This document shows, one piece after another, positions 1 to 13,031 of a DNA stretch of 64,000 nucleotides. Numbering within the stretch: the first letter of the stretch is position 1; the number at the start of each line of letters is the position of its first letter. Position numbers and translations under genes: made by a program. The notes beneath the pieces are model-generated. The model saw only the letters and a list, made by a program, of their open reading frames with translations. It searched no databases and was not told the origin of the DNA. Source of the stretch: Octopus sinensis (taxonomy: Eukaryota); the NCBI RefSeq assembly GCF_006345805.1, contig NC_043013.1, forward strand, positions 15,314,001-15,378,000, written 5' to 3'.

Positions 1-271
1 AATAGAAAGGATTATTATTATTATCATTATTATTATTATTATTATTGTTATTATTATTATTGTTATCAGTTTTAGTTCTAGTGTTAAGTACTGAGATGTG
101 AATCAAGCTGGAAGAGTTCGGTTTTGCTACATGACTCAACAGCCTAGGACATCAGGCAAGATTTGGGCAATTACAGTGTCAAAGAATAAAGGAATTTCAT
201 TCCAAGACTTCTAATTTACTGAATAAGTTACATTATGAAAATTAAGATGGAAAATTCCAATAAAGATGTAC

Positions 272-410
272 CTTCTTTGCATTAAAAAATGTAGCACATT
301 TAAAATGGATATTCAAATGGAAACCTTTGCATATAACACAATGGTTGCCTTTTTCAAGAATCTGCTGGACTTCCTTTCTTTCTTTCATTGAGCTCCACTG
401 CAATGGATAA
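272..410 (-). CDS. LRRC69: LRRC69-like coding exon 8 (Cys-rich C-terminal region; the gene continues left of the window)
   Basis: ctag acceptor, GTACAT donor, 139 bp, phase 2 to 0. Encodes YPLQWSSMKERKEVQQILEKGNHCVICKGFHLNIHFKCATFFNAKK, resembling the recalled LRRC69 segment QVRSMISQGKTCAICGQYF...CVRF. Confidence 0.75.
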
Positions 411-834
411 CTAGCAAGAGAAGAAACAATACATTTAAGTTATTTGGGACTATAGTGCTTCTGAATTGGTCAACTATGCAAAATATGTATAGGTGCAGGT
501 GGAACTACAGGCACAAGTGTAGCTATAGGCACAGGTGCTGCTGTATGGTTAAAAAATATGCTTCCCAACCACATGGTTCTGGATTCAGTACCATGGCGTG
601 ATACCTTAGGCAAATATCTTCTTCTATAGCCTTCGGCCAACCAAGACCTTGTGAATGGATTGGATTTGGTAGACAGAAACTGATGTCCATCAAGTATGTA
701 TATGTGTGTATGTGTGTGTGTATATATATATATATAGATAGATAGATAGATAGATATAGATATATATAAATGGCAATTTCTGTCTGTCTGTTACCATCTT
801 AGTGCCTAAACCAGCAAACCAATGTTCACAAAAC

Positions 835-1032
835 TTTGTGCCTTATAATATAACACACTCACCGGTAAAATTTCCAGTTTTTTCTTATTTTTATTTTCCT
901 AAAATTTTCGCTGCATCTTGTAACCTTTTCAATAGTTTTAAGGTTGCAAGATGCAACAAAAATTTTAGGAAAATAAAGATAAGAAAAATATAGAAATTTT
1001 ACCGGTGAGTGTGTTATATTATAAGGCACAAA
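835..1032. mobile_element. Fold-back MITE-like element (long inverted repeat)
   Basis: Arms of about 90 bp (tttgtgccttataatataacacactcaccggt... and its reverse complement). Outer 40 bp identical, a few internal mismatches, short central spacer. Confidence 0.7.
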
Positions 1033-1413
1033 AAGAAAATGACTTTCCCCAGATGACTGATGGTATATATACATATATATATATATATATACTATGCTTT
1101 GATCTTAGCTAAAAGGTTGACACATACATAAATACACACACACACACATACGTAGATACTAAAATTTTGGTAGTGGGGATAAGTGCTGGTGTTTGCCAGG
1201 CCAAGAATCACTGGTATAGTGTATCCTGAATTGTAAACAAATGAGACTTTCATGTTATCTTGCAACCAATTTACACCCAAACTAGAAAAGTTGACATGTG
1301 GATGACCTAAAGTTCTATCATGCTGGTTGGAATTAGTTCTCTCTTCTCTAAAATTTTTTTGTGCTTTGCTGTCAGTATCAAAAACATTATTTTTGTCTTT
1401 GAGATATACTTAC

Positions 1414-1454
1414 TGTCTTTTCATCTCATTCATGAAAAATCTCACAACCAATTC
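1414..1454 (-). CDS. LRRC69: LRRC69-like coding exon 7
   Basis: ttgcag acceptor, GTAAGT donor, 41 bp, phase 0 to 2. Encodes ELVVRFFMNEMKR(H), compare recalled LRRC69 EITSRFVMNQL. Confidence 0.75.
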
Positions 1455-1649
1455 CTGCAAGAAAAATATTCTTGTATTTAACCAAAAATTTCTAAAGATA
1501 TATTGACATTTATCAAATTATTTCTGAAGAAATGTTGGGTGCTTAACAGACCCTTTCTGAAGACATATTAATACTTATCTAACATTTCTAAAGATATACT
1601 GACATCTATCAGACCGTTTCTAAAGATACACTTGCATTCATCAAAGTGC

Positions 1650-2085
1650 AGGTGAGACCCATAATGATGTATTATTCTCCCATCTGAAACAGTTTGGCTG
1701 CTGTGACATACACAGATATTTTAAGGCTGTTTAACAGACTGGTATAAAGTCACTTACAATCACACTTAAGCCTCTGACCAACAAGTGCTCTGTCTTTTAT
1801 CTCTGCCTTTTCTACTTTACAATAATAGCTTCTGCTCAGAACTGGTTTGGCTCATGTCACTTCCTTACTGGTATTTCTACCCCACTTGCCTTCTCACTTC
1901 TCACCTCTCATAACCCTTGTTATGTCCAAGTCCCCCCCAGACCTCATACTAACCAAGTAATCACTATGCATAGTCTTTCTATCCAAGAATGTCGGCTCTT
2001 TGAAACTTTCTCCTGTTCATGTCTTTCCCACAAATGTTGAATTGTAAATGTTCAAGAAGAACGTTAATAACATCAATCTTATTTT
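1650..2085 (+). mobile_element. Decayed CR1/L2-type LINE ORF2 3' end
   Basis: Interrupted frames give LCLFY..NSFCSEL and HVFPTNVEL*MFKKNVN, typical of the C-terminus of these LINEs. Confidence 0.45.
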
Positions 2086-2903
2086 TGAATGGCCTACAAA
2101 AAGCCAATTGGTGTTCAGACCAAAGCAAATAAAAAAACAAAAAACAAACAAAACCCAATCAGACATATAATACATCTTGGACTAAGCTATCATTCCTTTC
2201 TGCTTTGTCATACAAGTTGTGGTGTTCATTTCCAATCTTCAATGAAAGTATATCTGATCATGGTAAAATATTATCTTGTTTGAAAACAGGTGAAGGTTGA
2301 TGACAGGAAGAACATACAGCTATGGAAAATCTGCAACAAGGCTTTGGTGAGCCAAGGGCTATAGTAGATGGCATTTACCCAAAGTACCAAGCAGTGGAAC
2401 TGAATGCAAAACCATGTGGTTAGGAAGTAAACTGAGCAAACTTATGTCCATTGTCTTGTATAGTGATTTTTTCCTTTTTTTAAGGTGATAGTGACTTGAA
2501 AGCGACCTGGCTACTATTACTGGCTGAGCAACTATATAGAGATTGCCTTCTATGGCTCACCTACACATCATCATCATCATCATCATCATCATCATTTAAC
2601 GTCTGCTTTCCATGCTAGTAGGGGTTGGACGTTTTGACTGAGGACTGGCGAACCAGATGGCTGCGCCAGGCTTCAATCTGATTGGGCAAAGTTTCTATGG
2701 CTGGATGCCCTTCCTAATGCCAACCACTCTTAGAGTGTAGTGGGTGCTTTTAAAGTGCCACCGGCATGAGGGTCAGTCAGGCGGTAGAAAAAGAGACATG
2801 AGAAGTAATTTAAATGAGGTAAAGCAAACCAGCTTCACTCAGGAATTGAAACCTCACCACCCAATATACTGATATTGGAAATAAAGATGGCTAAAAAACG
2901 TAC

Positions 2904-3005
2904 TTTCAGTGGGAAGATGTCTTCGTCTCGGTATGAAGGATTTAAATCTGATTGTAGAAGTGGATTACATTCATAGTGAAACCTCTTCAAATGTAACTTG
3001 TCAAA
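2904..3005 (-). CDS. LRRC69: LRRC69-like coding exon 6
   Basis: tttgcag acceptor, GTACGT donor, 102 bp, phase 0. Encodes FDKLHLKRFHYECNPLLQSDLNPSYRDEDIFPLK (last LRR plus NP cap). Confidence 0.8.
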
Positions 3006-3347
3006 CTGCAAAATATGAGAGTGAAATACTGTTGATTAAAGGATTGTATGATCATTTAGAGCCAAATCATCATCATCATCACCCCCACTTTCATTTCAAT
3101 CATCATCATCATCATCATCATCATCACCCCCACTTTCATTTCAATCATCATCATCATCATCATCATCATCACCCCCACTTTCATTTCAATCATCATCATT
3201 GTTATCCTTATCATAGTTTTAATATCCACTTTTCAATGCTTGCTTGAGTCGGACAAAATTTACTGAGGTAGATTTTCAGCAGTTGGATAAACTTCCTCTT
3301 GTTCAATTCTGGTTTTCCATGAAAAACATATCTGGCCATGGAGAAAT

Positions 3348-3575
3348 GGCGAGCTGGCAGAAATGTTAGCACGCCGGGCGAAATGCGTAGCCGTATTTCG
3401 TCTGCCGTTACGTCCTGAGTTCAAATTCCGCCGCGGTCGACTTTGCCTTTCATCCTTTCGGGGTTGATAAATTAAGTACCAGTTACGCACTGGGGTCGAT
3501 GTAATCGACTTAATCCCTTTGTCTGTCCTTCTTTATCCCCTCTGTGTTTAGCCCCTTGTGGGTAGTAAAGAAATA
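3348..3575 (+). mobile_element. tRNA-derived SINE, family A (representative copy)
   Basis: A-box TGGCAGAAATGTTAG, B-box GAGTTCAAATTCC, body CCTTTCATCCTTTCGGGG..GATAAATTAAGTACC. Other copies near 6349+, 20270-, 25486-, 42158+, 44525-, 52995+, 55510+, 57963+, 59658+. Confidence 0.85.
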
Positions 3576-3959
3576 AGAAATATTACCTTGCTTGGAAACA
3601 GGTGAGGCTTGGTAGTTAAATGAATGGCATTTAACTATAGAAAATCTGCTTCAATACACTTCATTCGAGCCATCAAACATGAAAAAGTGGACATTAAATG
3701 AAATGATGATGATGAATAACACCCAGTCTTCCTCAAAACACCTTTCTTGGGTCTACACATACATCTACAGATGAGGTTAATATAAATGGTAAATATTGAC
3801 TAACAGAAGCCCTATAAAAATTCTTAAAATACTGTTGGTATCAATGGATATATTTTTCTGTGGACAGTAAAGGTCAATTTCTTTTCCCAATGAGTTTCTG
3901 TCTAGTTCAGATTTTATAAAAGTCTAAAAAGGGGAATTTATGATCTGCTCCTGCAGGTA

Positions 3960-4176
3960 CGAAGGGGTGTTGAAAAGTTCCTGACTTTAAGGGTATCAAG
4001 AAAGGCCTGGTTTGAGGCCCAAACTTCTGAGTTCTCTTAAAGAGCTTAGAAAAACTGAAGAACAACTGCAATAAGCATGTGAATTTGAGATGGGAATGTG
4101 TTGAGGAAAATCATAATTAACTGATCCTCCTGTATTTTCTTGTACCCAAAGCCAAAAACTTTTCAGCACTCCCTTG
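3960..4176 (+). mobile_element. Mariner-derived MITE
   Basis: TA|CGAAGGGGTGTTGAAAAGTTCC and the inverted AAAACTTTTCAGCACTCCCTTG. The internal remnant resembles a transposase C-terminus (EQLQ*ACEFEMG / CNKHVNLRWECVE). Confidence 0.65.
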
Positions 4177-4386
4177 CACATAGTCAGATATCTTGAAATG
4201 GTTGTAGGTACCTGACCATGGATTGCTTATTACATTTAAGTTAATAGATCTCATTGGTAATTCACCAAACCATTAAATAACAACTGGTTTCAGTGAAACA
4301 CACTTCTCCCCTGCTTAATTTAATTAAGTACTCAGTTATGCTCTGGGATATCAAAAAAGTATCAAGACTACAAAATAGTTTGTTAC

Positions 4387-4458
4387 CTCAACAGGGAAGA
4401 TGTTCAGATTATTTGAAGCAACATCAAGAACGGTCAACTGAATGCATTTAGATATACT
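4387..4458 (-). CDS. LRRC69: LRRC69-like coding exon 5
   Basis: ttgcag acceptor, GTAACA donor, 72 bp, phase 0. Encodes one LRR: SISKCIQLTVLDVASNNLNIFPVE. Confidence 0.85.
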
Positions 4459-4522
4459 CTGCAAATATAAAGAGGATAATTTGATATATAACAATGAAAT
4501 ATAGGCATCAGATAATTTAGTA

Positions 4523-4556
<34 letters not shown>

Positions 4557-5984
4557 TGTGTATACATATATCTTTATAAGTATTAGAAGAAATAAGGTAC
4601 TCAGAAATCTGGATGGTTTTATATTTACAGATTTTTATTAATATGTCACATGTTTTTATAAATCATATATTAGCACTTGCATCCACTCTAGTGGATTCGT
4701 CAGATACTATAAAAAGAGACAAATCTCCTGAAAAAATTCAATCTAACAAATCTACAATTCAATCTGACAAAAAAATGTCCGTTTTCCATGCTAGCATGGG
4801 TTGGACGGTTCAACCGCGGTCTGAGAAGCCAGGAGGCTGCATCAGGTTCCAGTCTGATCTGGCATAGTTTCTACAGCTGGATGCCCTTCCTAACGCCAAC
4901 CACTCCTTGAGTGTAGTGGGTGCTTTTTACGTTCCACCAGCACAGGGGACAAGGAAAGCTGGCAAACGGCACCACCACCACCACCACCAACAACAACAAC
5001 TAAGGAGCAGCAAAGTTGTATTGAAGAAGATGGCTTTATACCAATGTAATTAACATAATCAATGTCATTAATTAAATAGCTAAATTTTCTAAAAACGATG
5101 GTAATATCAATGTATTTGATTTTACATCAGGAATAGTTTCTTATAGAAATAGGCAATAACATAAAGAATGACGTAATGTAATCTGTGTGTTTAATTAGCA
5201 GGAGAATGACAAAATTTGGTAGAGCATTGGAACAAATAACTTGTAGTGTTTAGTTACTTTTCTTGATAATCTGGTTTCAAATCCTTCCCACATCAATTTT
5301 ACCTCTGATTCTGCTGACGGTAATAAAGCAATTCATTGGAGATAAAATAAGGACTGGAAGTTGCTTGAAGTGGTGCCCCAGCATGACCGTGAACCAGTGA
5401 GTGTTACCAGTAAAAGAATGATAAAAAAAGAATACCCCCCATCTCTAACCCTCCGTTTTGCTCCCCCGACACTCTCATTACGGCCTTCTTGCTCCTGATC
5501 CACTGTCCATTTCCTCTCCTGCTCCTTGAGGGTTTGCTATGGTAACCCATCACAACCATCTTATCTTCTTCCCAGCTACTCATGCACACCCTTATATCAT
5601 ACAGGATAGCCATGTGTTCTCTCTGTAGTAAGTTACCTCTTCTTGTTCCTGGCATAAAGCCACCTTTACCTACTTCTCAAATACTCTTCCTTCTTAACTG
5701 AGAGGGATTTTCCCTTTTTTTTGTTCTTTCCTGTCATCCAAGCTACCTGACAACCTCACTAGTACCGGCGGTATGAAAAAAGCACCCAGTACACTCTGTC
5801 AAATGGTTGGAACGTGGAAGGGCATCCAACTGTAGAAACCATGCCAACACTGACACTGGAGCATACTGCAGCCTGGTGGTTCACCAGCTCCTGTCAAACT
5901 GCCAAATCTATCCCAACATGGAAAATAGACATTAAATGATGATAATGACGACAATGATGAATAAGACAGAATTTTGGTAGTTAC

Positions 5985-6180
5985 TTTTGGCAATTCCTCT
6001 AAATGATTCCTATGGATGTAAAGTTCGTTGAGGTTTTGGAGTGAACCTAGATTCTCTGGAAATGTCACAAGACTGTTGTATCCAACATGTAACACCTCCA
6101 ACTGTTGCAACTGACAAAGCTCTTCTGGAAGTCCAGTTAAATGGTTGTGCTCGGCACTGAAGTATTTTAAATTGATTAAC
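5985..6180 (-). CDS. LRRC69: LRRC69-like coding exon 4
   Basis: Polypyrimidine tract plus tacag acceptor, GTAACT donor, 196 bp, phase 2 to 0. Encodes three LRRs: LINLKYFSAEHNHLTGLPEELCQLQQLEVLHVGYNSLVTFPENLGSLQNLNELYIHRNHLEELPK. Confidence 0.88.
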
Positions 6181-7869
6181 CTGTAAAATAGATAAAAACA
6201 AAACAAAATAAAACAAAATGAGCAACACTTGCTGTTGTTGTTGTTGTCTAGCCCCTGGTCAGCTCTGACTGATCTGATCAAAAGTATTCCAAACATGACC
6301 ATCACAACTGTATGCTTCATTTAAGGTGGTAGGTATGATTTGAGGGAAGGCGGTGAGCTGGCAGAAACGTTAGCATGCCGGGCGAAATGCTTAATGGTAT
6401 TTTGTCTGCTGCTACGTTCTGAGTTCAAATTCTGCCATGGTCGACTTTGCCTTTCATCCTTTCAGGGTCGATTAAATAAGTACCAGTTACACACTGGGGT
6501 CGATATAATCGACTTAATCCGTTTGTCTGTCCTTGTTTGACCTCTCTGTGTTTAGCTCCTTGTGGGTAGTAAAGAAATAGGTATGATTTGAGGGCGATTT
6601 GGCTACTATATGTAGCAGACCACATGATGATTTTTATCATCTGACTTTTCTTTTTGTTAGGTGGATGGGGGAGCGCAGTTTGGAATTCCTCCTCTTTATC
6701 CTCATCCTCTTCCTTCTCCTAACCTTGGCATAAAGCCAGAAGAAATGCCACCAAACATTAATGGTGCTTTTCGCCATTGTGTCTGAAATATAAAGGTTAT
6801 TAATGGTATCCTTTTTTCTGTATTGTAAGAAGCTCTCTGTCTCTACCATTTTTACTTCATTACACCGCTTCCAGCAAGCTGCAACACTCTTCTTCTAAAC
6901 CTATGTTTATTTTACCCACTTTCCAAACATTTTCCTTGTTTTATCAAAAGAACTTTACAAAATTAATTCCTACTACTTGTTATATCTCATTTCACTTGAA
7001 AATGTCCCTAATATTAGTTTTATCTTCAGGTTTGCATTCTTAAAATTCTTCTTGTGAAATCATTTGTCAATTCATTTAGTTGTTAGAATGTATTTAGCTT
7101 ACAAAATACCAGATTATTTTCATGAGCACATCTCATACATATCTCTATATATCACAGACATCTTTCTGTATAGCACCTGCATAGCTTATCGTATCACATA
7201 CACTTCTCAGTATATCACATACATAAATCCGTATCTCATAAATATATCTCCATATCACATACACATCTCTGTATATCGCAGACATTTCTACATATAATGC
7301 ATGTGTATATCTTCAAAAGTCTTAAATATATTACCAAGTCACCTAGATATCTCTTGAAATTTTATAAATATTTTTTCGTATCACAGATATTTAAGCATAT
7401 TACATACATGCACGCATGCACATTTCAGAGCACTTCAGAAATCCTTTCATTTTACATAGCTTTCAATATCTCATCTATTTTTGCTGAGTCTCTCAGAGAC
7501 AATGACAAGTGACCATAACTTTAGGCAAATTTCTGTGCTTGAATATACATGTCAAGCTAAGTGAATCTATGGTTGTAACCATGGCGGTAACACATAAAAG
7601 GAACCCGTGTGCTGGTGACATGTAAAAGATACCCTGTACACTCTGTAGAATGGTTGGTGTTAGGAAGGGTATCCAAACATAAAAGTCAAGTCAAAACAGA
7701 CAAATGGAGGACGCTGCAACCCTTCAGCTTAACAGCTTAGGTCAAATAACCCATGACAGCATGGAAAAACAGGTGTTAAATGATGATTATGATGATGATG
7801 ATATTTCTGTATATCACATAGACATCTTTAGTAGTAGTTAGTTTTATCACGAGCCACAGTAATCATCAG

Positions 7870-8100
7870 TGGAGGCATGTGGCCTAGTGTCAACATCATG
7901 ATCGTAAGATTGTGGTTTCGATTCCTGGACCGGGCAACGCGTTATGTTCTTGAGTAAAACACTTTAATTTACATTGCTCCAGTCTACTCAACTGGCAAAA
8001 ATGAGTAACGCTGCAATGGACTGGCAACTGGGGAACACATACCCCATTGAAACCAGGAAACCAGGTCCATGAGCCTGGCTAGGCTTTAAAGGGCGCATTA
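7870..8100 (+). mobile_element. tRNA-derived SINE, family E
   Basis: GGCCTAGTG A-box, GGTTTCGATTCC B-box, tgttcttgagtaaaacacttt body. Related copies near 10935+, 8130- and 54120-. Confidence 0.65.
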
Positions 8101-8365
8101 ATTTATTTTACAGTCATCATCAGGCTGGTTACCCAGTTTCTCTGCAGTATGAGTGACTAAGACCACATTACTGCCTCTGAAGAAGACGTTGGTCCACCAC
8201 AGAGATATTCATTTGCAGTTGAGTGGATTGCAAGCAATGTGAAATGATCTGTTTTGCTCAAGGTCACAATGCACTGCCTGGTTCAGGAATTGAAACCATA
8301 ATCTTGTGGTCATGAGTGCAACACCCTATCCACTTGACCATCGGCCTTTACATATACGCTTTACT

Positions 8366-8765
8366 CTTTTACTTGTTTCAGTCAGTTGACTGTGGCCATG
8401 CTGGAGCACCGTCTTTAGTTGAGCAAATCGACCCTAGGACTTATTCTTTGTAAGCCTAGTACTTATTCTATCGATCTCTTTTTGCCAAACCGCTAAGTTA
8501 TGGGGATGTAAACACACCACCATCGGTTGTCAAGCGATGTTGGGGAGGACAAACACAGACACACAAACATATACACGCACATGCATATATATATATATAC
8601 ACATATATACGACGGTCTTCTTTCAGTTTCCGTCTGCCAAATCCACTCACAAGGCTTTGATCGGCCCGAGGCTATAGTAGAAGACACGTGCCCAAGGTAT
8701 CACGCAGTGGGACTGAACTTGGAACCATGTGGTTGGTAAGCAAGCTACTTACCACACAGCCACTC
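8366..8765 (-). mobile_element. Adjacent SINE family D (8366-8560) and tRNA-derived SINE family C (8600-8765)
   Basis: Family D: cttgtttcagtca...gtaagcctagtacttattctatc (also near 14390, 32730, 50645, 56000). Family C, minus strand: gtggctgtgtggtaag...ccttgggca...ccttgtgagtggatttgg (many copies, e.g. 540, 18570, 40570, 55755, 61240). Confidence 0.75.
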
Positions 8766-9032
8766 CTACGCCTAAATTTTTCATATCACTTAAATATTTC
8801 TGGATATCATATACACATCTTGCTCTCTCTCTCTCTCACACACACACACATATCACCACATGTTACTCTGATGTCTTGCATTATCACACAGCCATCTTTC
8901 TATCTCATATATTTATATCACATATCGAGAGCTCTCCAAGTTAAATAAATATCTTTTTAATTAATTTTTTTTTTTTTAGTATACCAACAATTCATGGTTA
9001 TGATATCAGTGATAAATACAATTCTCACTTAC

Positions 9033-9105
9033 CCACCAATTTCAGCTGGGATTCTGTGAAGTTCATTCTTGTTAAGATTCAGCACAGTTAAGGATTTTAG
9101 TCCTC
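9033..9105 (-). CDS. LRRC69: LRRC69-like coding exon 3
   Basis: ttccag acceptor, GTAAGT donor, 73 bp, phase 1 to 2. Encodes GLKSLTVLNLNKNELHRIPAEIGG and reconciles the phases of exons 2 and 4. Confidence 0.88.
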
Positions 9106-9246
9106 CTGGAAGCAAACACTTGTTGAAATATAATGTATCTATCATCAAAGTGTGTGTGTATTGATGTTTGTTTTTATGTTCATTTATAACAAAATAATTT
9201 TATAATAATCTGAAGAGCTACTCCATACTTTGTTGAGTACAAATTT

Positions 9247-9674
9247 GGATCTTTTCGGTTTGACCGGTAGTTTTTAAAAATAATTTCCACGTAACTAAAT
9301 ACTTTTAAACTTCGTATACTGGTAGAATGTTTTTATAAAACATCTTTTTCTCTTGGCTTTATTGAGAAAATTCTATAGTTTGTAAGATATTTGTTGTTTT
9401 TTTCTTCAATTTCTGCAATTTCAACCAATCAATGACATCTATTGAGGTGAAAACATTCTGTGCCGTATGAATACGTCCCTCGTTTAAGAAACAGATTGGG
9501 TTTGTTTACATTTCCGAAGAAAAAAAGATACCCTTCCCCCCACCCCTAACCCTAACTCGAACCTTAATCCTAAAACAGATTGAAATGGAATAGATTGATA
9601 CTAGGGTCATAATTATGGGTGACAATTTCATATGACACCGCTAGAAAAAACTGCTGGTCAAACTGAAAAGATCC
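9247..9674. mobile_element. Non-autonomous DNA transposon (MITE) with about 29-bp TIRs and a 7-bp target duplication
   Basis: GGATCTTTTCGGTTTGACCGGTAGTTTTT versus the reverse complement of the right end GGATCTTTTCAGTTTGACCAGCAGTTTTT. CAAATTT on both flanks (9240-9246, 9675-9681). Confidence 0.85.
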
Positions 9675-11897
9675 CAAATTTAATATTCTTAACAAGAATA
9701 ATATTGACAGTGACTTTGAAGTTACTGCTAGCCCTCGTTGGACTGTGATGCATGAAGTTAATCTTGGATTTATATAGTCTCTGTTGAGGTTCAGTTGAAT
9801 GGCAATTAGACTGTAGGATGGGTTGTAATGGAGACTTGTTGCGAAGAAACTTTTATTGATTAGATTTAGGGTTATGTTATTGTTCAGAATTTATTCCTGC
9901 ATGTAGAACTTTGAAAAACAGGTGTGTATATTTATGTGTGTCAGCTTCAGGTTATAGGATTGTGTTTTTAGTGGTTCACAAAAATGAAGTAGGTAGGTAG
10001 AGGAAGATTTTGGCCAGCAGTATTTATTTTTGATTTTATTGGATTTGATATTTTAGTATGGTAATGTAAAGGTCAAAGTTCAAAGTTTAATCCAGCATTT
10101 AATTATATTTCAGCTTTGTTGTAATGGAATTTTTAAGGATTCACAAAAGAATGTAAGTAGGTGGTATGTTTTAGTTGGTCAGTAAGTTTCTTTACTTGTT
10201 TTTTATGTTATTTAGACTGTAGTGGGAATATTCAGTAGTCAGATCACTACACCAGATGTTATGGTTTTCAAGAATAATACCCACATAATATAAAAAATTC
10301 TAACCAATCCCAACTTCACCTAGAAGTGGATCTAACAACAATTCCATCCTTTTGTGCCTTTCTCTTGGAGCCTATCCAGTACTATAAATTCAGCACATCT
10401 TGACTATTTGACAGTGAGTATTGACAGACAGCAGAGATGAGATGGCAGACAGATCGAAAACACATTTGGACAGCTGCTTACCCAAGGTGACTGCATTTAA
10501 ATAATGATGAATGATGACAGCAACACCAGCATACTAGATGAATGATGACAGCAACACCAGCATACTAGATGAATGATGACAGCAACTTACCACACTTTGA
10601 CTGCTGTTACAATCACACCAGGAACAATAACATTCAAACTCTCTCAATGTTTTGTCCTTCATAGTAATGACAGCATTCTTTTTGTGTATGAAAAGAATAA
10701 ATATTTTGTTTATCATAAAATGCAACAGACAGTGCTCTTCTTTGTAACAAGGTATTTCCTACCTGTATTTGGAAGGTGGAGGCTATTCTGCAACCTATTA
10801 TACACATATGCACCTCAACACATACATAGCAAAAAACTCACACATCCCCATTTCAATGCATCAATTCGTCCCTATATGCACACCTCCCTGCTCTCTCCTT
10901 CCAGCTTACATTCACCACATTGTAATGAAAGTACATGGCTCAGTGGTTAGAGTGTTGTGCTCACAATCATTAGGTAGTGAGTTCAATTCTCAGACTGGGC
11001 GGTGTGTTGTGTTCTTGAGCAAGGCACTTTATTTCACATTGCTCCAGATCATTCAGCTGTAGAAATGAGTTGCAACATCACTGGTGCCAAGCCGTACCAG
11101 CCTTTGCTTTACCCCTGGATAACATCAGTGGTATGGGGAGGAGAGACTGGTATACATATGTGACTGCTTGTTTTCCATAAATAAGCTTGCCTGGACTTGT
11201 GCCTTGGAGGGGAACTTTCTAGGTGTAATCCTATAGTCATTCATAATGAAAGTGGGGTCTTTACCCTTACCCTTTGAACTGCATTCCAACTTGGTTCCTA
11301 ATTCCTAGCCTGTTTTTCTCTCCTAATCTTTATTCATGTTTGTTTGTGCTGATGGCATGTAAAAAGCACCATCCGAGCATGATTGTTACCAGCATTGCCT
11401 AACTGGCACGTGAAAAAATATTCAAGTGAGGTCATTGCCAGTGCCCCTGGACTGGCTCCTGTGCAGGTGGCATGTAAAAAACACCATTTAAGCGTGGCCA
11501 TTACCAGTATCACCTGACTGGCCCTCATGCCGGTGACACGTCAAAGCACCCACTTCCCTCTCGAAGTTGTTGGCATTAGGAAGGGCATCCAGCTGTAGAA
11601 ACTTCACCAGATCAGATTGGAGCCTGGTGCAGCCATCTGGTTTGCCAGTCCTCAGTCAAATCAGCCAACCCATGCTAGCAGACGTTAAACAATGATGATG
11701 ATGATGATGATGAAAGACTAGTGTCCAAACTGTCAAAGCTCTTTCCCTTTCTTTTAAGTGTTAAACTAATATGACATTTGATAAACTTGTCTCTCACACA
11801 TTGTTTTCTTTCCTTTTGTATTTATTGCTTTCATAATCACACACACACACATTCATGATAATACTCCAATTGCACCAAAATATTCGGGGATACTTAC

Positions 11898-12024
11898 CGA
11901 ATATTCCTGGAGGTAAATTTTTTATTTTATTTCTGTATGCTAGTACCTTCTTTAGATTTGGAAGATGTTGAATTTGGACTGGTAGAATCTGGAACTCATT
12001 GCCAGCAATATCTAGTAATTGTAG
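11898..12024 (-). CDS. LRRC69: LRRC69-like coding exon 2
   Basis: ctacag acceptor, GTAAGT donor, 127 bp, phase 0 to 1. Encodes LQLLDIAGNEFQILPVQIQHLPNLKKVLAYRNKIKNLPPGIF. Confidence 0.88.
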
Positions 12025-13031
12025 CTGTAGGATAGCAGAAAAATAAGCAAAATCATAAAAAAAGACAAACATATATTCAAAATTTTGGAGTCTGGTTTAA
12101 ATATTTATTATCATCATCATCATTATTATTATTATTATTATTATTATTGTTATAATAATAATAATAATCATTGTTTAATGTCTGCTTTCCATGCTAGCAT
12201 GGGTTGGATGGTTTGACTGTGGGCTGGCGAACCAGATGGTTGCACCAGGCTCCAATCTGTTCTGGCAGAGTTTCTACAGCTGGTTGCCCTTCCTAACACC
12301 AACTTCTCTGAGAGTGTAGTGGGGGCTTTTACGTGCCACCAGCATGAGGATAAGAACAACAACAACAACAATGATAATAATGATTTCATTTATTTGCTAC
12401 AAGGGTCTTATGAAGAGAAGCTGATACAGGAGTTTCCATGTCTGTTTCTCTGGTTACATCTCACTTTTTAAAAATGGAAGGACATTTCTCATTCTTAATC
12501 ATCATCATCATCATTACCACTACCACTATTTAACATGCTGGAATGGGTCGGACAGTTTGATAGGAGCTGGCCAGCCAGGGAGCTGTCCAGACTCCAGTTG
12601 TCAGTTGTACCATGGTTTCTATGGCTGGATGCCTTTCCTAACGCCAACTACTTTACAGAGAGTGCTGGGTGCTTTTTGTGTGCCACTAGCACAGGTATAT
12701 TTACATCGTACCAGCATGAGTGCATTTTATGTGATACCAGCACCTGTAAAGGACAAAACTGTATGAATGAAAATGCGAATGATCATGGCTGGTGTACCTT
12801 TCATCTTATTCCTACTCAATATGGGATAATCTGGTATTGAACAACAAAAACGATACTCATTTCTATTTCCGTAGCAGACCCCCCCCCCCGATTTTTGGAG
12901 AAATAAATATCATACAATGTGGATGACCATGCGATGTGATGCCTTAATTAGTAAAGATGTTTTAATGACTAAAGGAATGATGAAAATGCACTTAAATGTT
13001 TTGATTTCTTTTTTTTTTTTTTTCCTCTCAC

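Noticed and set aside
2909-3247. 112-aa His-rich ORF on the plus strand
   Set aside because: It is the antisense of LRRC69-like exon 6 plus three tandem copies of a (CAT)n-cccccactttcatttc retroposon tail, not a metal-binding protein gene.
3348-3430. tRNA-like A/B boxes, here and in many other copies
   Set aside because: SINE heads with no full cloverleaf; not tRNA genes.
10508-10587. 31-bp unit repeated about 2.6 times, CRISPR-like at a glance
   Set aside because: Direct tandem duplication with no spacers, in eukaryotic intronic DNA.
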